A stretch of 64,000 nt of DNA. It comes from Chiloscyllium plagiosum. Lineage: Eukaryota. Of this stretch, positions 12,131 through 24,459 are shown one piece after another. How positions within the stretch are numbered: position 1 is the first letter of the stretch; the number at the start of each line of letters is the position of its first letter. The position numbers and the translations under genes are program-made. The notes beneath the pieces are model-generated. The model saw nothing but the letters and a program-made list of their open reading frames with translations. It searched no databases and had not been told where the DNA came from. Location of the stretch: positions 12,621,628-12,685,627 of the forward strand of contig NC_057718.1 in assembly GCF_004010195.1 (NCBI RefSeq), in the 5' to 3' direction.

Positions 12131-13724
12131 TGGTGCAGGCCAGCCGACCACAGGGAATGTTGAAAATGAAAGTGAAAGAAATGAAGAGTAATCTGGTGCT
12201 GACAGGGTTTTGGGCAGGAGACAGTGTTTGCTTTAGAAGTTGCTGGGCTGGGAAGCTATGTTTTGGTTTTGCTCTCTCGTTATTCTCCACTTATCAACTT
12301 GTTGCATGTTCAGAGAAAAAAAGTAAAAGTCTCCAGAGGTCTGCAGAAGCTATTTGCATTGACTGGTGATTTCAGAATTCAAGCAAGACGTACAGTCCTA
12401 TGTGTCTTTATGCAACTGCTTGTCAAAAGATTTCACGAAGGCCTGGTATTCATCATTGAAATTTTTATCAAACTGGAAAAATTAGCCCTATAAATTTATC
12501 CCTTAACTATGTCTGCCTGTCTGTTGTTGGGTGAGTTGAGTGAGTGAAAGAGGAATGGGCTTGGGTCACAAATATTAATTGGATTGAATTATAATTCATC
12601 TGTGTTCTGCTAAAGTTACATTATTAATAACAAATTTAATTGGGGGTCTAAGAGCTGTTATTTTGAGTGTTTTAAGATCACTGTGTTGTAAATCCATTGA
12701 AAAAGAGGCTGATTTGATTTGGCTTGCTATCCCTGTGTCTTAACAAAGGGAAAATGATGGAACCTATTCGTAAAGAAGTTGTAACAGGGCTTTTGGACAA
12801 GTTAAAGTTAATCAGCAGAATCAACGTGGTTTTGTGAAAAGGCAATAATGTTTGATCATTCTATTGGAGTGTATTGAGAAGGTAACAGGCGCTGTGGGTA
12901 AAGGGGGATTGATGGATGTATTGTACTTCCAGAAGGAAGTATGCATGTATTTCCACAAAATATTCATAGCAAGCAAAGATAATGCAAAACGTAAAATCTC
13001 ATGGTGCAGATGGCTAGCTAACAGAAAACCGAGAGTAATGGGTTATTTCATTTTGGCAATATTTAATGAGTGGTGTCACAGAGGGATTGGTACTGAGACC
13101 AGTTTCTAATTCATATAAGCACCTCAGATGAAGGTTTGGAAGGTATGGTTACCAAAATTGGTAGAATCAGCAGGAAAGTAAGTAAGTTGTTAAGAGGACA
13201 TAGGGACGCCACAAAAAGCGATAGATGGCTTGAGTGGGCAAAGGTATAGCAAACATATTTTGTGGCAAAATTTAGGAAAATGTGAAATCATCCACATTGA
13301 CAGGAAGAATAAAACAGAAACACATTACCTAAGTAGAGACTGCAGAGCTCTGAGATGTAGAGGAATCTGGGTCTCCTTGTGCATGAATCGCAAAAGGTTA
13401 ATATATGGGTACTTAGAATGTTATCCTTGGTCACAAGGGGAATTGAATACTAAAGTAGGGAGATTATGCTTCAATTATACAGGGTACTGGTGCAACCACT
13501 TTGGAGTACTGTCCACTTTATTTAAGGAAGATGTAAATACATAAGAGATATTTTACTAGGTTGATAGCTGGGGAAGGGGCAGTGTCTTATGAGGAAAGAT
13601 TGAACAGGCTAGGTTTGTACCCACTGAAGCTTAGAAAAGTAAGAGGTGACAATTGAAATCTGAGGAGGGCTTGAACATTTTTAATGCAAAGGTAAGTAGA
13701 TTCTTGTTACGCAAAAGGGTGAAA

Positions 13725-13933
13725 GATATGGAATGAGCTGCCAGAGGAAGTGGTGGACGCTGGTACAATTGCAACATTTAAGAGGCATTTGGATGGGTAT
13801 ATGAATAGGAAGGGTTTGGAGGGATATGGGCCAGGTGCTAGCAGGTGGGACTAGATTGGGTTGGGATATCTGGTCGGCACGCACGGGTTGGACCAAAGGG
13901 TCTGTTTCCATGCTGTACATCTCTATGACTATG
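13725..13933 (+). mobile_element. Short CR1 3' end, same young subfamily as 6714-7672
   Basis: Closely similar to 7461-7670. Confidence 0.9.
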
Positions 13934-15314
13934 ATTGGGAACACAGGAATGTGAAGTTGATTATACAGTCACATCTTATTGAATGGCGGAACAGGCCTGA
14001 AGGGCTGAATGGCCTACTCTTGCTTCAAATTTGTTTGTTTATATGTTGTATTCAGAAACAAAATTTAGAGTAACTGTTGTGCAGCCAACTAAACTCATAT
14101 CTCTGTCCTCACTGAAACCTCAGACTCTCTAGGCAACACAATGTTTTTAAAGTGCACCTACAAGGTAAGAACACAGGGCTTTCTTCAGGGCTTTTATTGC
14201 CATTCTCGCTAAATCCCATTAAGTCCCTTCAAACTGTTTCTCCCGTTCATTAGGATGGTCCTTGTCTCTCAAGTGTTTCTGATCCTCTGATTTTATTTTT
14301 AAAAAGAGTCTATCGAAGGAAGCAAACAGTCAGTGTTGGCTGTGAAATAAGCTTGTTCTCTGTGTCTTGGCAAATGATCTTTCTTGTTGAGGGCATACTG
14401 CCATCAAGAAAATGGTTTTGGCAGGTCAACCTAGGATGAAAATTATTGTTGCTATTTACAGCAACTGATTAAGCCGATAGAGCCCTTTTTATTCTCTGGG
14501 CCCCTTAATGGCAAACTCAGGAAGTTACCTCCCATTTAGACCTAGGAGTTCTCTTTTGTTTCCATAGATTAAAAAAAAACTGTTCCTTTATTTCTTAAAA
14601 TGCTTCATTTGATCCTCCCCTCTGCAGCCTCTGGCCAACCATATCCTCAACACTCAGGGCTGAGCGGAACTGCCGTGTACCTACACAATGGTGAAGACAA
14701 TAGCGCACTGTTGGTCGACTGGCAGCGAGCGTGCCCAATTGAATGTTGGCACGGGTGAATAAAGACTTCCTGCTCATCGCCCAGCGACTATCACTTGGAA
14801 ATATTGACACTTCCCGCAGCCAGGTTACAAAAAAATCGAGAAACTGGCAGGAGGCCAGCTTCTAGTCAGGTCTATGAGGAAACTAATGATGCCACAACTG
14901 TACTTCTATTGCTTAGTCTGAATATGAGAGGTATTCCTTATCAGTGTGACAGAATTTACTTAGGTTTTGTTTCTTAGGTTTTGTTTTTGGCTATTTCCAA
15001 AGTGGAATTCCCTGCAATTTATTTCAGACATTTGTGTTTGCATTCGGCAGTTCATTGGATTTTATTTGACTGATTATTTGTGACTGCCGCACAGCATATT
15101 TCTCTTAATTGAGAAATCTAGGGGAAAGGTCAAACCCACAGTGCAGAACACCTATGAGGTTAAAAATAGTGAAAAAGGGGATGAGGTGTGGATAGCAAAA
15201 CAAGAATAGCTTTGCATTTTAAGAGTCTGAAGATTGCAAGGGTGGGAGTTGAGGACTTCCACAGTTTGGATGTTCGGGAGTGTTAAGAATAGGGAAGAGT
15301 ATATCAGAAGAAAA

Positions 15315-16017
15315 GAAGTTGTCATTATCTGAGCACCTTTTACAACCTCAGGACATCCCAAAGCACTCTGAGGCTGATTAAATATTTTTTAGAATTGTAG
15401 GCATTGTTGTAATGTAGGAAATAGAGGTACTCAAAACCTGGGCAGTGTTGTTAGTGAGAAATTATTCCTACTCGCGAAAAAGTCGTGAACGGGAGAGCAC
15501 AGGTTTAACGTAATTGGCAAAATAAGCAGAAGTGATATAGGAAAAAACGTTTTGATGCAGTGGGTAGTCAGTCTGGAGTGTGCTGTCTGAGAGTGTGGTG
15601 CAGGTAGGTTCAATTGGAACACTCAAAATGGAATTATCCTGTTATCTGAAAAGGAGGAATGAACAAGGTTATAGGGAGAAGGCAGAAGGATGGCATTAAG
15701 CAAATTGCTTTTTCAGAGAGCCAGGCCAGAATGTTGGACCGAATGGCCCCCTTTGGAGTTGTAACAGTTCTGATTCTATGAAAAATTGAAGCAATTTTGC
15801 ATATGTAATGGCCAGAACTCCAGGGAGATCACATCTGCTTTTCTACGAATAGGATCTTTCAAGAGGACAGACCAGAAGTCTTAGTTTGGTGGTTCATTTG
15901 AAATATAGCATCTGTGACAGTGTAGCACTCCCCCAGAGTGTCAGCCGAAATTTTGTGTTCATGTTCCCCTGCAACAGGACTTGAACTCACAACTGGTTTG
16001 ACTGAGCCATGGCTGAC
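15315..16017 (-). mobile_element. DeuSINE (SacSINE1/AmnSINE1-like), interrupted by a + strand CR1 3' end at ~15440-15782
   Basis: Minus strand: head TGGCTCAGT...GTTCAAGTCC, Deu-domain-like GCTGACACTC...GTGCTACACTGTCACAGATGC, and L2-type tail (GGGATGTCCTGAGGTTGTAAAAGG). Confidence 0.65.
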
Positions 16018-17022
16018 ATGGTGAGTTTTAATTCAAATTAGTGAGGAAGTGGAGAGCAGGAAGCTTACATCAGCATATTTGCAGCATAGGAGGGGCAGGA
16101 GAGGGAAGGTCAGATGAGCACTTAATAGCATAGATTAGACAGAAAGAAATGAGACGTTTGCAATGAAGAAAACATATGCAGGAAGCAATGACAAATCCTC
16201 CTGTTCTTAATAAAATCAGGTTTTGTCCTAATTCCTACCTGTGACAACAGGATTCTGAGGCAATGAATCTCTGGCACTGTGTTCAGACTTTTGGCTGAGA
16301 GATTTTTACAGTTGGGAAATGTTTTTGCATTGGGGAGGGACAGCAGTTTCTTGATGGCTTTTCTCCAGGGCCTCATAAAATATGTCATTTAAGTTTAACT
16401 AGACCAGAATATTAACTCTTAGACTACCAGTGGGCAAAGAGAAATGACAATGTCCCTGGGCTGTCTTCAGCTCATAAACCACGCCATTGAAATCATTCCT
16501 AATATTATAGTACGGTGGAAGGCTGTTTAATGTGGTTTAATATATTGTGAATTTGTTTGTAGGGTGGGAGTCTCAGGGCTCCCAAAAGAGGTAAATCTTC
16601 ACTTCAATCTTCATTTTGCTGGTTAAAAGTAGAGGGAAATTGGTATTTTCTTATTAATCTGGTCCAACTATAATGCAGTCTCACTCTTTGAACCTCAATT
16701 TCCATATTATAATTGATTTACAGTGAACTCCAATGTTAGGCTAGTTTTATTAGCTCTGTGTTGAGAAATTAATTATCTTTATTAACTGTTGCAAGTTAGC
16801 AGCTTTCATCCAAGGGAACAATTATTCTTGTACTGGTGTTGTACTTCTCTTTGTGGGTGTTCAGTACTGTAAGATGACTGCATTTGCTCTTTGGATAAGT
16901 ACAGGCAAATCTGTGAGGCCTCTGTGGTAGAATAACTAGGTAATGTTCATTTTAGTGGTTTATATATAAAGAAGGCTGCTTGATTCAGTTACCAGAGGTA
17001 ATTGGCTCTTCTGTAAGAGCTC

Positions 17023-17563
17023 ATAGAATCCCTACAGTGTGGAAACAGACCGTTTGGCCCAACAAGTCCATACTGATCTTCCAAAGAGTAACCCACCCAG
17101 ATCCATTCCCCTACCCTATTATTCAACATTTACCCCTGACTAATGTGCCTAACCTACACATCCCTGAACACCCTGGGCAATTTAACATGGCCATTTCACC
17201 TAACCTGCACCTAACCCCTCCTATGCTGCAAATATGCTGATGTAAGCTTCCTGCTCTCCACTTCCTCACTAATTTGAATTAAAACTCACCATGTCAGCCA
17301 TGGCTCAGTCCGACCAGTTGTGAGTTCAAGTCCTGTTGCAGGGGAAATTGAACACAAAATTTCGGCTGACACTCTGGGGGAATGCTACACTGTCACAGAT
17401 GCTAGATTTCAAATGAAGGTTAGATTGTGGGAGGAAACCTGAGCACATGGAGGAAACCCATGTGAACACGGTGAGAATGTGCAAACTCCACACAGACATT
17501 CGCCCGAGGCTGGAGTCAAACCTAGGTCCCTGGCACTGTGTGGTAGCAGTGCTAACCATTGCC
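17023..17563 (-). mobile_element. HE1/V-SINE-like SINE carrying a 203-bp inverted insertion (17215-17417)
   Basis: SINE halves at 17023-17210 and 17424-17563 flank the reverse complement of 15893-16095. Confidence 0.85.
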
Positions 17564-17771
17564 CTCAACTAGAATCAGTATCTTCAGTCAAGAGGTTTGG
17601 AGGATCAGGAGGCTTGGATTATTAAAAAACCAAGTGATGTAATTTCTGAAACAAAGCGAAATGCTTGATTTCTGTTTTCTTTAATTTCCATTTCTATTTC
17701 TGCCCGTGCTGTTATCTTCTCCATTCTCTCTTTGTCCAAAGCTTCCAGAACATTAATTGATTAGCGAAGAT

Positions 17772-18071
17772 CTGGGGTGGGGGAGTCCAGAATTAAAGGG
17801 CATAGGTTTAGGGTGAGAGGGGAAAGATTTGAAAGGGACCTAAGGGATGAGTTTTTCATGCAGTCATGGAATGAGCTGTCAGAGAAAGTGGTGGAGACTG
17901 GTACAATTACAAGATTTAAAAGGCATCTGAATGGGTACATGAATAGGAAAGGTTTAGAGGGATATGGGCTTACTGCTGGCAAATAGGACTAGATTAGTTT
18001 AGGATGTCTGGTTGACATGAACGAGTTGGACTGAAGGGTCTGTTTCTGTGCTGTCCCTCTCTATGACTCTG
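17772..18071 (+). mobile_element. CR1 3' end
   Basis: GESRIKGHRFRVRGERFERDLR...WNELSE..FKRHLNGYMN; CTCTATGACTCT tail. Confidence 0.9.
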
Positions 18072-18271
18072 ACCAGCTGCTAAGGTGAGTCTTTCAGAAA
18101 GTCAAATGCCCAGGTCTGCCTTTCGGTGCAGCCATGTCACAGATGCAAAGTGCTCTATTTTTCAAGTGCACTCTCTGCCAAATGGGCAGACGATCTATAT
18201 TCTGCCCAACTGTGCCCTGACTGACAGGTTTTTTTTCACAGTATGCAAAAGGTTAATTTTAATGTACACCT

Positions 18272-18545
18272 CTGTATGTGTGTGTGTGTGTATGTATATG
18301 TGTGTATATGTACATAGGTGTAGTTTACATTCATTTGTGAATTTGGCATGAGTACATGGATTGTGATTCTATATGTGCACACATTGAGTGATTGTACAAA
18401 CCATTCATTTGTGAGTGAGTGAGTGAATTGTGAATATGCAAACATGTCTTGAGTATGTGCACACATGATGTGAGTGTATGGACTGTGGGTGTGGTGTATG
18501 CCTTTGTAAACACATGTGCCGTGAGTACAGGGTTTGTGTGCGTCT
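18272..18545. repeat. Degenerate (TG)n/(GAGT)n low-complexity tract
   Basis: TGTGTGTG, TATGTATATG and GAGTGAGTGAGT runs are directly visible. Confidence 0.85.
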
Positions 18546-20237
18546 GTGAAAATCTGGAAAATGTTATAATTGCATCCAATTCGGAGAAAGAAAATTGCCT
18601 CCGTTTTTCAGTTGCACTCTTTATTTAAACTGCTCTTTTCCAAGCACTTTTGCAGATTTTGGCAGAGGATGCACAGTTACAACACTGGCCTGCACAAAAA
18701 AAGACAGCCAGCGTTGAGTGAAGCAGGCAAAAAAGAAATGCACACAACATTCACTGTTTCCTTTGAGATAAGCCATCTTCTCTCTTGTTTCAATAACATT
18801 TTTATCCTGACAACCTGCTTCTGGGAGTCGGAAATCAGACACTGAGCATGAAAGCTTGCAACACTCTCTTGGCTCTCCTTCTGTGAGGTGTGCCTGTTAT
18901 TGTAACTGCTGAGGGAAGAAAGCACTTCTCTCTATAACTGGGGCCAAAAAAGCTCAGTAATGTAACTCTGGAGTGTGAAATACAGCCCTCAAAGAAAGTG
19001 CAATGCGATTCCTCCCAAATAAGGAAAGTCGTTTTGTTTGACTTTGATCCTGGTCATTATAAGACCTGGAAAAGGAGGAGATTAAAAAAACCCAAAGGGA
19101 ATAATCTTGATGATTTATTTCTTCCCTTCCTCCAGTCATTTCACTCACTTTCTCTCTCTCTGTCTCACATACACACACACGGCCTCTCTCATCAGCCATC
19201 TGTACAGAGTGGGGGAGGGGTGTAGCAGTCCAGGAAGGAATAGTATTCCAATTTTTGATCAAGACTGATCAGCTGTACCCATTTGATGTCTTGATATGAC
19301 TGCTCAAGGAGGAATCACTTCCCCTGTATACATCGCAGCTCTGGTCTGTTCCACAAATTATTGCTGGCTCATATATTAAAATTCCTTTTCACAACAGATC
19401 CTGGCATTCACCTGTTTCTTGTTCAAATCAAACTTTATACAAGATTTTCCTCAGTTGGGGTTGTTAAATTAGTGCAATGCACTAGAGTATTTGTTTTTCC
19501 CCAGGTTTTGTAGTTCCCTATGGAGCAAAGTGCAATGAGGTAGCAAGGGTTAAGTGTCTTTTTAATGCTGGAAGGGTGGTCTCAGGATGTGGGGCGTGGG
19601 TGGGACATGACAGCCATGAGGAAACATTGATTCACAGCGTCTTCAAAGAGGAAATGGGCACAGATTTGAAGGAAATTGTTCTCTGTTCCTGACTAATCAG
19701 GTGGGCAGGGCAGCATGAAGGGTTCCCTCCCTTTCCCACCGACCTTAAGATACTGCAGTGTGAATGCCCCTGAAGCTGACAGCTCCAAATGTTTACAAAG
19801 GAGATCCTGTGAGATACAAGAGGAGGGGGAATCAGGAATCCTCTTGAAATGAAGCAAGAACACAATCCCTATTAAAATGAATTCAAAGGTCAGGAGGAAA
19901 TGTGAGAAGAAATGCTTATTTCTCAACCCGAACAGAAACCTAAACCACTTCTTTTACGATGTTTGGAGAGTGTGAGGGAAGGGGTCTCAGACACCAAATA
20001 GGTGAATCCCACAACTCAAGCACACAAGAAGTACAAGCTGAAGTAGGGCATTCAGCCCTTCCAAATACCTGATAGTCCATTCAAGTATATTGACTCCGTT
20101 CTTTATTTGTGGGAGATTAGATCATTCTCCTGCTGTCCCAGCCAATATTTCCCTCTACCCACACTGCCTCCTCCTTCCATCTATCCTCCCATTCTGAATT
20201 AACATTTGACCAGCTGTTCACCCCATAGAATTTCTTT

Positions 20238-20830
20238 AGGCAGTCTTCCTGTGACTGGGATGACTATCCTCAAGGATGAAGGTGAAGAGCCAGAGGTGGT
20301 GGTACATGTCGGCACAAATGATGTCGGGAAGAAGAGGAGGAACATACTACAGCGGGACTTTGGAGAACTAGGAAGAAGGCTGAAAAGCAGGACGTCCGGG
20401 GTGGTTATCTCCGGTTTGCTTCCAGTTCCTCGGGCTGGTGAGCCCAGAAACAGGGAGATAATGGACTTGAATGTGTGGCTGGGGAACTGGCGCAGGAAGC
20501 AAGGTTTAAATTCATGGATCACTGGGGTATGTTTTGTGGTAAGCATAAATTATATAAGAGAGATGGTTTGCACCTTAATAGGTTAGGGACCAGCATTCTG
20601 GCAGGCAGGTTTGCTACTGCAACCAGCTACGTTTAAACTAAGTAGCGGGGGGGAGAGGACAAACTGGATGTTTAAGAAGGAAATTAAAGGGANNNNNNNN
20701 NNNNNACGAAGCATTAGAAATAAGATGGATGAGCTTGAGGCTCTTTTGAAAATTGGCAGATACGATATTGTGGGGATAACTGAAACGTGGCTTCAAGTGG
20801 ACAGGGCCTGGGAAATGAATATTCAAGGTT
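20238..20830 (+). mobile_element. CR1 ORF1 SGNH esterase plus start of ORF2 APE; contains a 13-N assembly gap (20693-20705)
   Basis: PEVVVHVGTNDVG...VVISGLLPVP (esterase block III GxND); RSIRNKMDELEALL..YDIVGITETWL (APE). Confidence 0.9.
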
Positions 20831-21085
20831 TCTCCAATTCCAGATTTCTTCACATCCTCATTTTCCATCAGTCCAGCATTGGCGGCAGTGCCTTGAGATG
20901 CCCAGGGCCTTAGCTCTGTGAATTCTCTTCTTAATCTCTCTGTCTCTCTCCTCTTCCTTACAACACCACTTAAACCCATCTATTTTGTGTAGCTTTTGGT
21001 CACCTATCTTTTTGGTGCTTGGTATCCAATTTTGTTGTGACATACCTTGGGGCATTTTATTCCTTCAAAGACTCCATATAACAGT
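20830..21085 (+). mobile_element. L2-like LINE 3' end
   Basis: GGCGGCAGTGCCTT...GCTCTGTGAATTC...CTTAAACCC...GCTTTTGGTCACC; similar copies at 22160-22425 and 27320-27680. Confidence 0.6.
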
Positions 21086-23184
21086 CATTTCTCGTATCAG
21101 TCACACTATTAAATATTGTCTAGATGTTCAGGATCTCATTTGTTCTTCACTTTGATTTTCCCTTGGATTCTGCAGCCCTTAATACTGAATGGGTACCACA
21201 CATCCACCATGCAACTAACATGTAACAGCTGGGTCTAATTAATCCAGATGTCTTTTACCCAGGCTCTATCAATGGCCACCTTAACTGGATACAATGATAT
21301 TACTCCAGAATTGTCCACTAATATCGAAGGCTCCTATGATGGGAACTGGTAGGCATGGTGACCAACTAGGGCCCAACCTAAACTAATTTTATACGGTGCC
21401 TATCACCAGTTTAGCACATTTCAAAATGTTTTGCACTTAATGAAGTGTTTTTCACATAGTTTTGCAGCAACCAATTCCCTCACAGCAAGTTCACACAGTG
21501 ATGAAGAAAAAAAAATTACTTCTAGGTGTTGGTTGGGCCAAAGCATCACTGCTTTTCTTCAAAAGAACACCATCTGAGAGAGCCTTGATTTACTATCTCA
21601 ACTGAAAAAACACACCTCTAAAAGTACAGCACTGAGTGTGTTGGTTCAGATTTTTGTGTTCCATTCTATTGAGTAGTAATCAAACTCAGCCTTAAGACTC
21701 AAGAGCATATGGAGCTATAGTTCAACACTCAATGGACTGCAGCTCTTCATCAATGGCCCTGGTTTATATTGACCTATATTGTTTACCTGAGATGTTTCTC
21801 CATCACTATAATTGGTGTAAAACGTAATAGGCAGCATCAGTGAAGTCAATTACTGTATGTACCTGCTGGAGTCATTGGGACCAAAACGTGAAGCTTGAGA
21901 GTTCTCAACTTGTTTTCAGTCTTTAACTCTGTAATCTCCTCCATCCCCTGCTCCTAATTCTTGTATTCATCCACAGAACCTTCCATTGCCCATAATGTCC
22001 AGGGTTGTGTAGGCTAGGTGGATTAGCCTTGGGAAATGCAGGGTTACAGGGATTGGGTAGGGGGGTCTGGGTGGAATGCTGTTTGGAGGGTTGATGTGGA
22101 TTTGATAGACCAAATGTCCTGCTTCCACACCATAGGAATTCTATGATTCTATGATCTGCTCATCTCTAATTCTGGTCTCTTAATTTGCGCTTTAATCCCT
22201 TCATCATTACTGGGCATGCTTTCAACTGTTTTGGCTCATGTACATCTCTGCCTGTCTCATTGTTTTGCTTCTTTAAGGCACTCCTTTTTGACCAACCTTT
22301 TGATTACCCAGTTTAATGTTTCCTTTTGTTGCTTGGCATCGTACTTTATCTTATAATGCTCTTGTGAAGCACCTTGGAAAATTTTATTATGTTAAAGGTA
22401 CTATATAAATACAGGTTATTGTTGAAAAACCTGGGCCATGTTTGGTTTTGGCAGAATTTTCCACGTTGAGCTTCCTCCCCCGTGCTAATGGCAGAGGGGC
22501 AGAGGGCTGGCTGTACAATTTGAATCTCCTGATAGATGACTGCAGGAGACACTTCATTTCAAGCTGAACAATCATTGGTCACTCACGACTGCATCCTTCA
22601 TAACAGGAAGTGTTACCAGGAGATTAACTTCTCCATAATTGCTGCTTTTTCAGGCTGCAAAAAATGCTTACTAAGAGGCAGCCGGTGTTTCCCATACGCT
22701 GATCTTTCATTCAGTGCGACAAACAGTTCAGCTTTCTCTAATGTGACTGGCACCGTTGTTATCTGCCATAATAGCAGCATAAATAACTTGTAACGGCCAG
22801 TCGATGTGATATTGTTGTTACTCTTTCCTCCAGTGTACTCACTGGAACCTGTCCAGAGGACGTCAGACCCAGTTAACTCACATGAAATGCAGGCAATGAG
22901 ATAAGTTAACCCTCAAAGGCTGCATTTGGCTCGATTATAAAGGTGGGAGATTCAAAAATGCAGGCTACTGATTGTCTTGCAAACCTGGAGGAAGTGGATT
23001 GTTAGCATAGTAGGGAGGTATGCCTCTTGGCTTTGCAACTGAGGCAAAGAGAGAAAGATAGACTAAAAAAAAGATTAGAGAGTCAAAAAATAAAGAGCTA
23101 CCGTCATCTTGAGGGTGAGGGCATGAGGAACGTCTGCCTGAAGCCCCCAGTTATGTATTGATGATTAAAAGCACTGGCACTACT

Positions 23185-24430
23185 GGAACAGTAAAACACA
23201 GGAACAGGCCCTTTGGCCCATTGTGTCCGTGCTGACCATGATGCCATTCTAAACTATTCCCATCTGCTTGCTCATGGTCTACATTCCTCTATTCCCTGTC
23301 TGTCCATGAGTCTGACTAAATGCCTCTTAAACGTTGCTATTGTATTTGCTTCTACCACCTCCCCTGGCAGCACATTCAAAGCACTTACCACCCTCTGTGT
23401 AAAACACTTGCCTCACATATCTCCTTTCAACTTTCCCCCTCTCACTTTAAGTACTTGATGTTTCTACTGTGGGGAAAAAGCTGAATAGCTACCCTATCCA
23501 CACCTCTGAGAATTTTATATCCTTCTATCAGGTTGCACTTCGGCCTCCAACGGTCTAGTGAAAACAATCCAAGTTTGTCCAACCTCTCCCTATAGCTAAT
23601 ACATTCCAATCCTAGCAACATTCTGGTGAATGTGTGTTTTGCAACCTCTCCAAAGCCTCCACATACTTTCTATATTATAGCAACTAGAACTGCACACAAT
23701 ACTCCAAATGTGGTCCTAACTAAGATATCATACAGTTGCAACATGACTTTCCAACTTTTATACTCAGTGCCCTGACTGATGAAGGTAGATACACTGTATG
23801 CCTTCTTTACCACCTTATCCATTTAAGTTGCCATTTTCAGGGAATTATAGGCTTGCAACCCAAGATCTCTGTGTATATTAATGATCCTAATGGTCCTGCC
23901 ATTTACTGTATACTTTCCTCTTGAATTTGACCTCCCAAAAGGTATGAACTCACACTTGTCTGGATTAAACTCCATCTGCCATGTATCCCATGTGAGGTAA
24001 TCTTCTGGACCAGCCTACCATGAAGGACCTTGTCAAATGAATTATTAAAGTCCTTGTCGACAACATCCACTGTCCAACCCGCACCAATCATCTTTGTCAC
24101 TTCCTCAAAAACCTCAAATAAGTTTCAGAGACAAGATCTCCCACACAAAGCCATGCCAACTATTGCCAGTAAGTCCATCATTTTCCAAATGCAAGTAAAT
24201 CCTGTCTGTAAGCAACCTCTCCACTAATTTCCCTACCACTGATGTTAGGCTTATCGGCCTATAATTTCCTGGATTATCCCTGTTGTCTTAAACAAAGGAA
24301 CAACACTGGCTGTTCTCCAGCCTTCTGGGACCTTACCTGTGGCTACAAAGGATACAAAGATCTCTGACAAGGCTCTAGCAATCTCCTCTGTGCCTCCCTC
24401 AGTATCCTGGGAAAGATCACATCAGATCCA
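23185..24430 (-). mobile_element. CR1 LINE ORF2 RT region and 3' end, degenerate
   Basis: Minus-strand VDVV.KDF..SFDKVLHGRLVQKI.SHGI.G; 3' UTR near 23190. Confidence 0.85.
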
Positions 24431-24459
24431 TACAACTCTTTCCTCTTTTCAATTGCACT

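Larger units (their letters stand above)
5165..14050 (+). mobile_element. Old near-full-length CR1 LINE split by many nested insertions (pieces about 5165-5430, 5800-6713, 7675-8140, 10870-11187, 11517-11735, 12750-13724, 13934-14050)
   Basis: Pieces are collinear: ORF1 coiled-coil (LRVSELEPELQTL), degenerate esterase, APE (AIIIGDFNL), linker, RT remnants (KCEIIHIDRKNK), then 3' UTR. Confidence 0.7.

Noticed and set aside
20693..20705. Apparent short ORF1-ORF2 spacing in CR1
   Set aside because: It spans an N gap, so the true distance and junction are unknown
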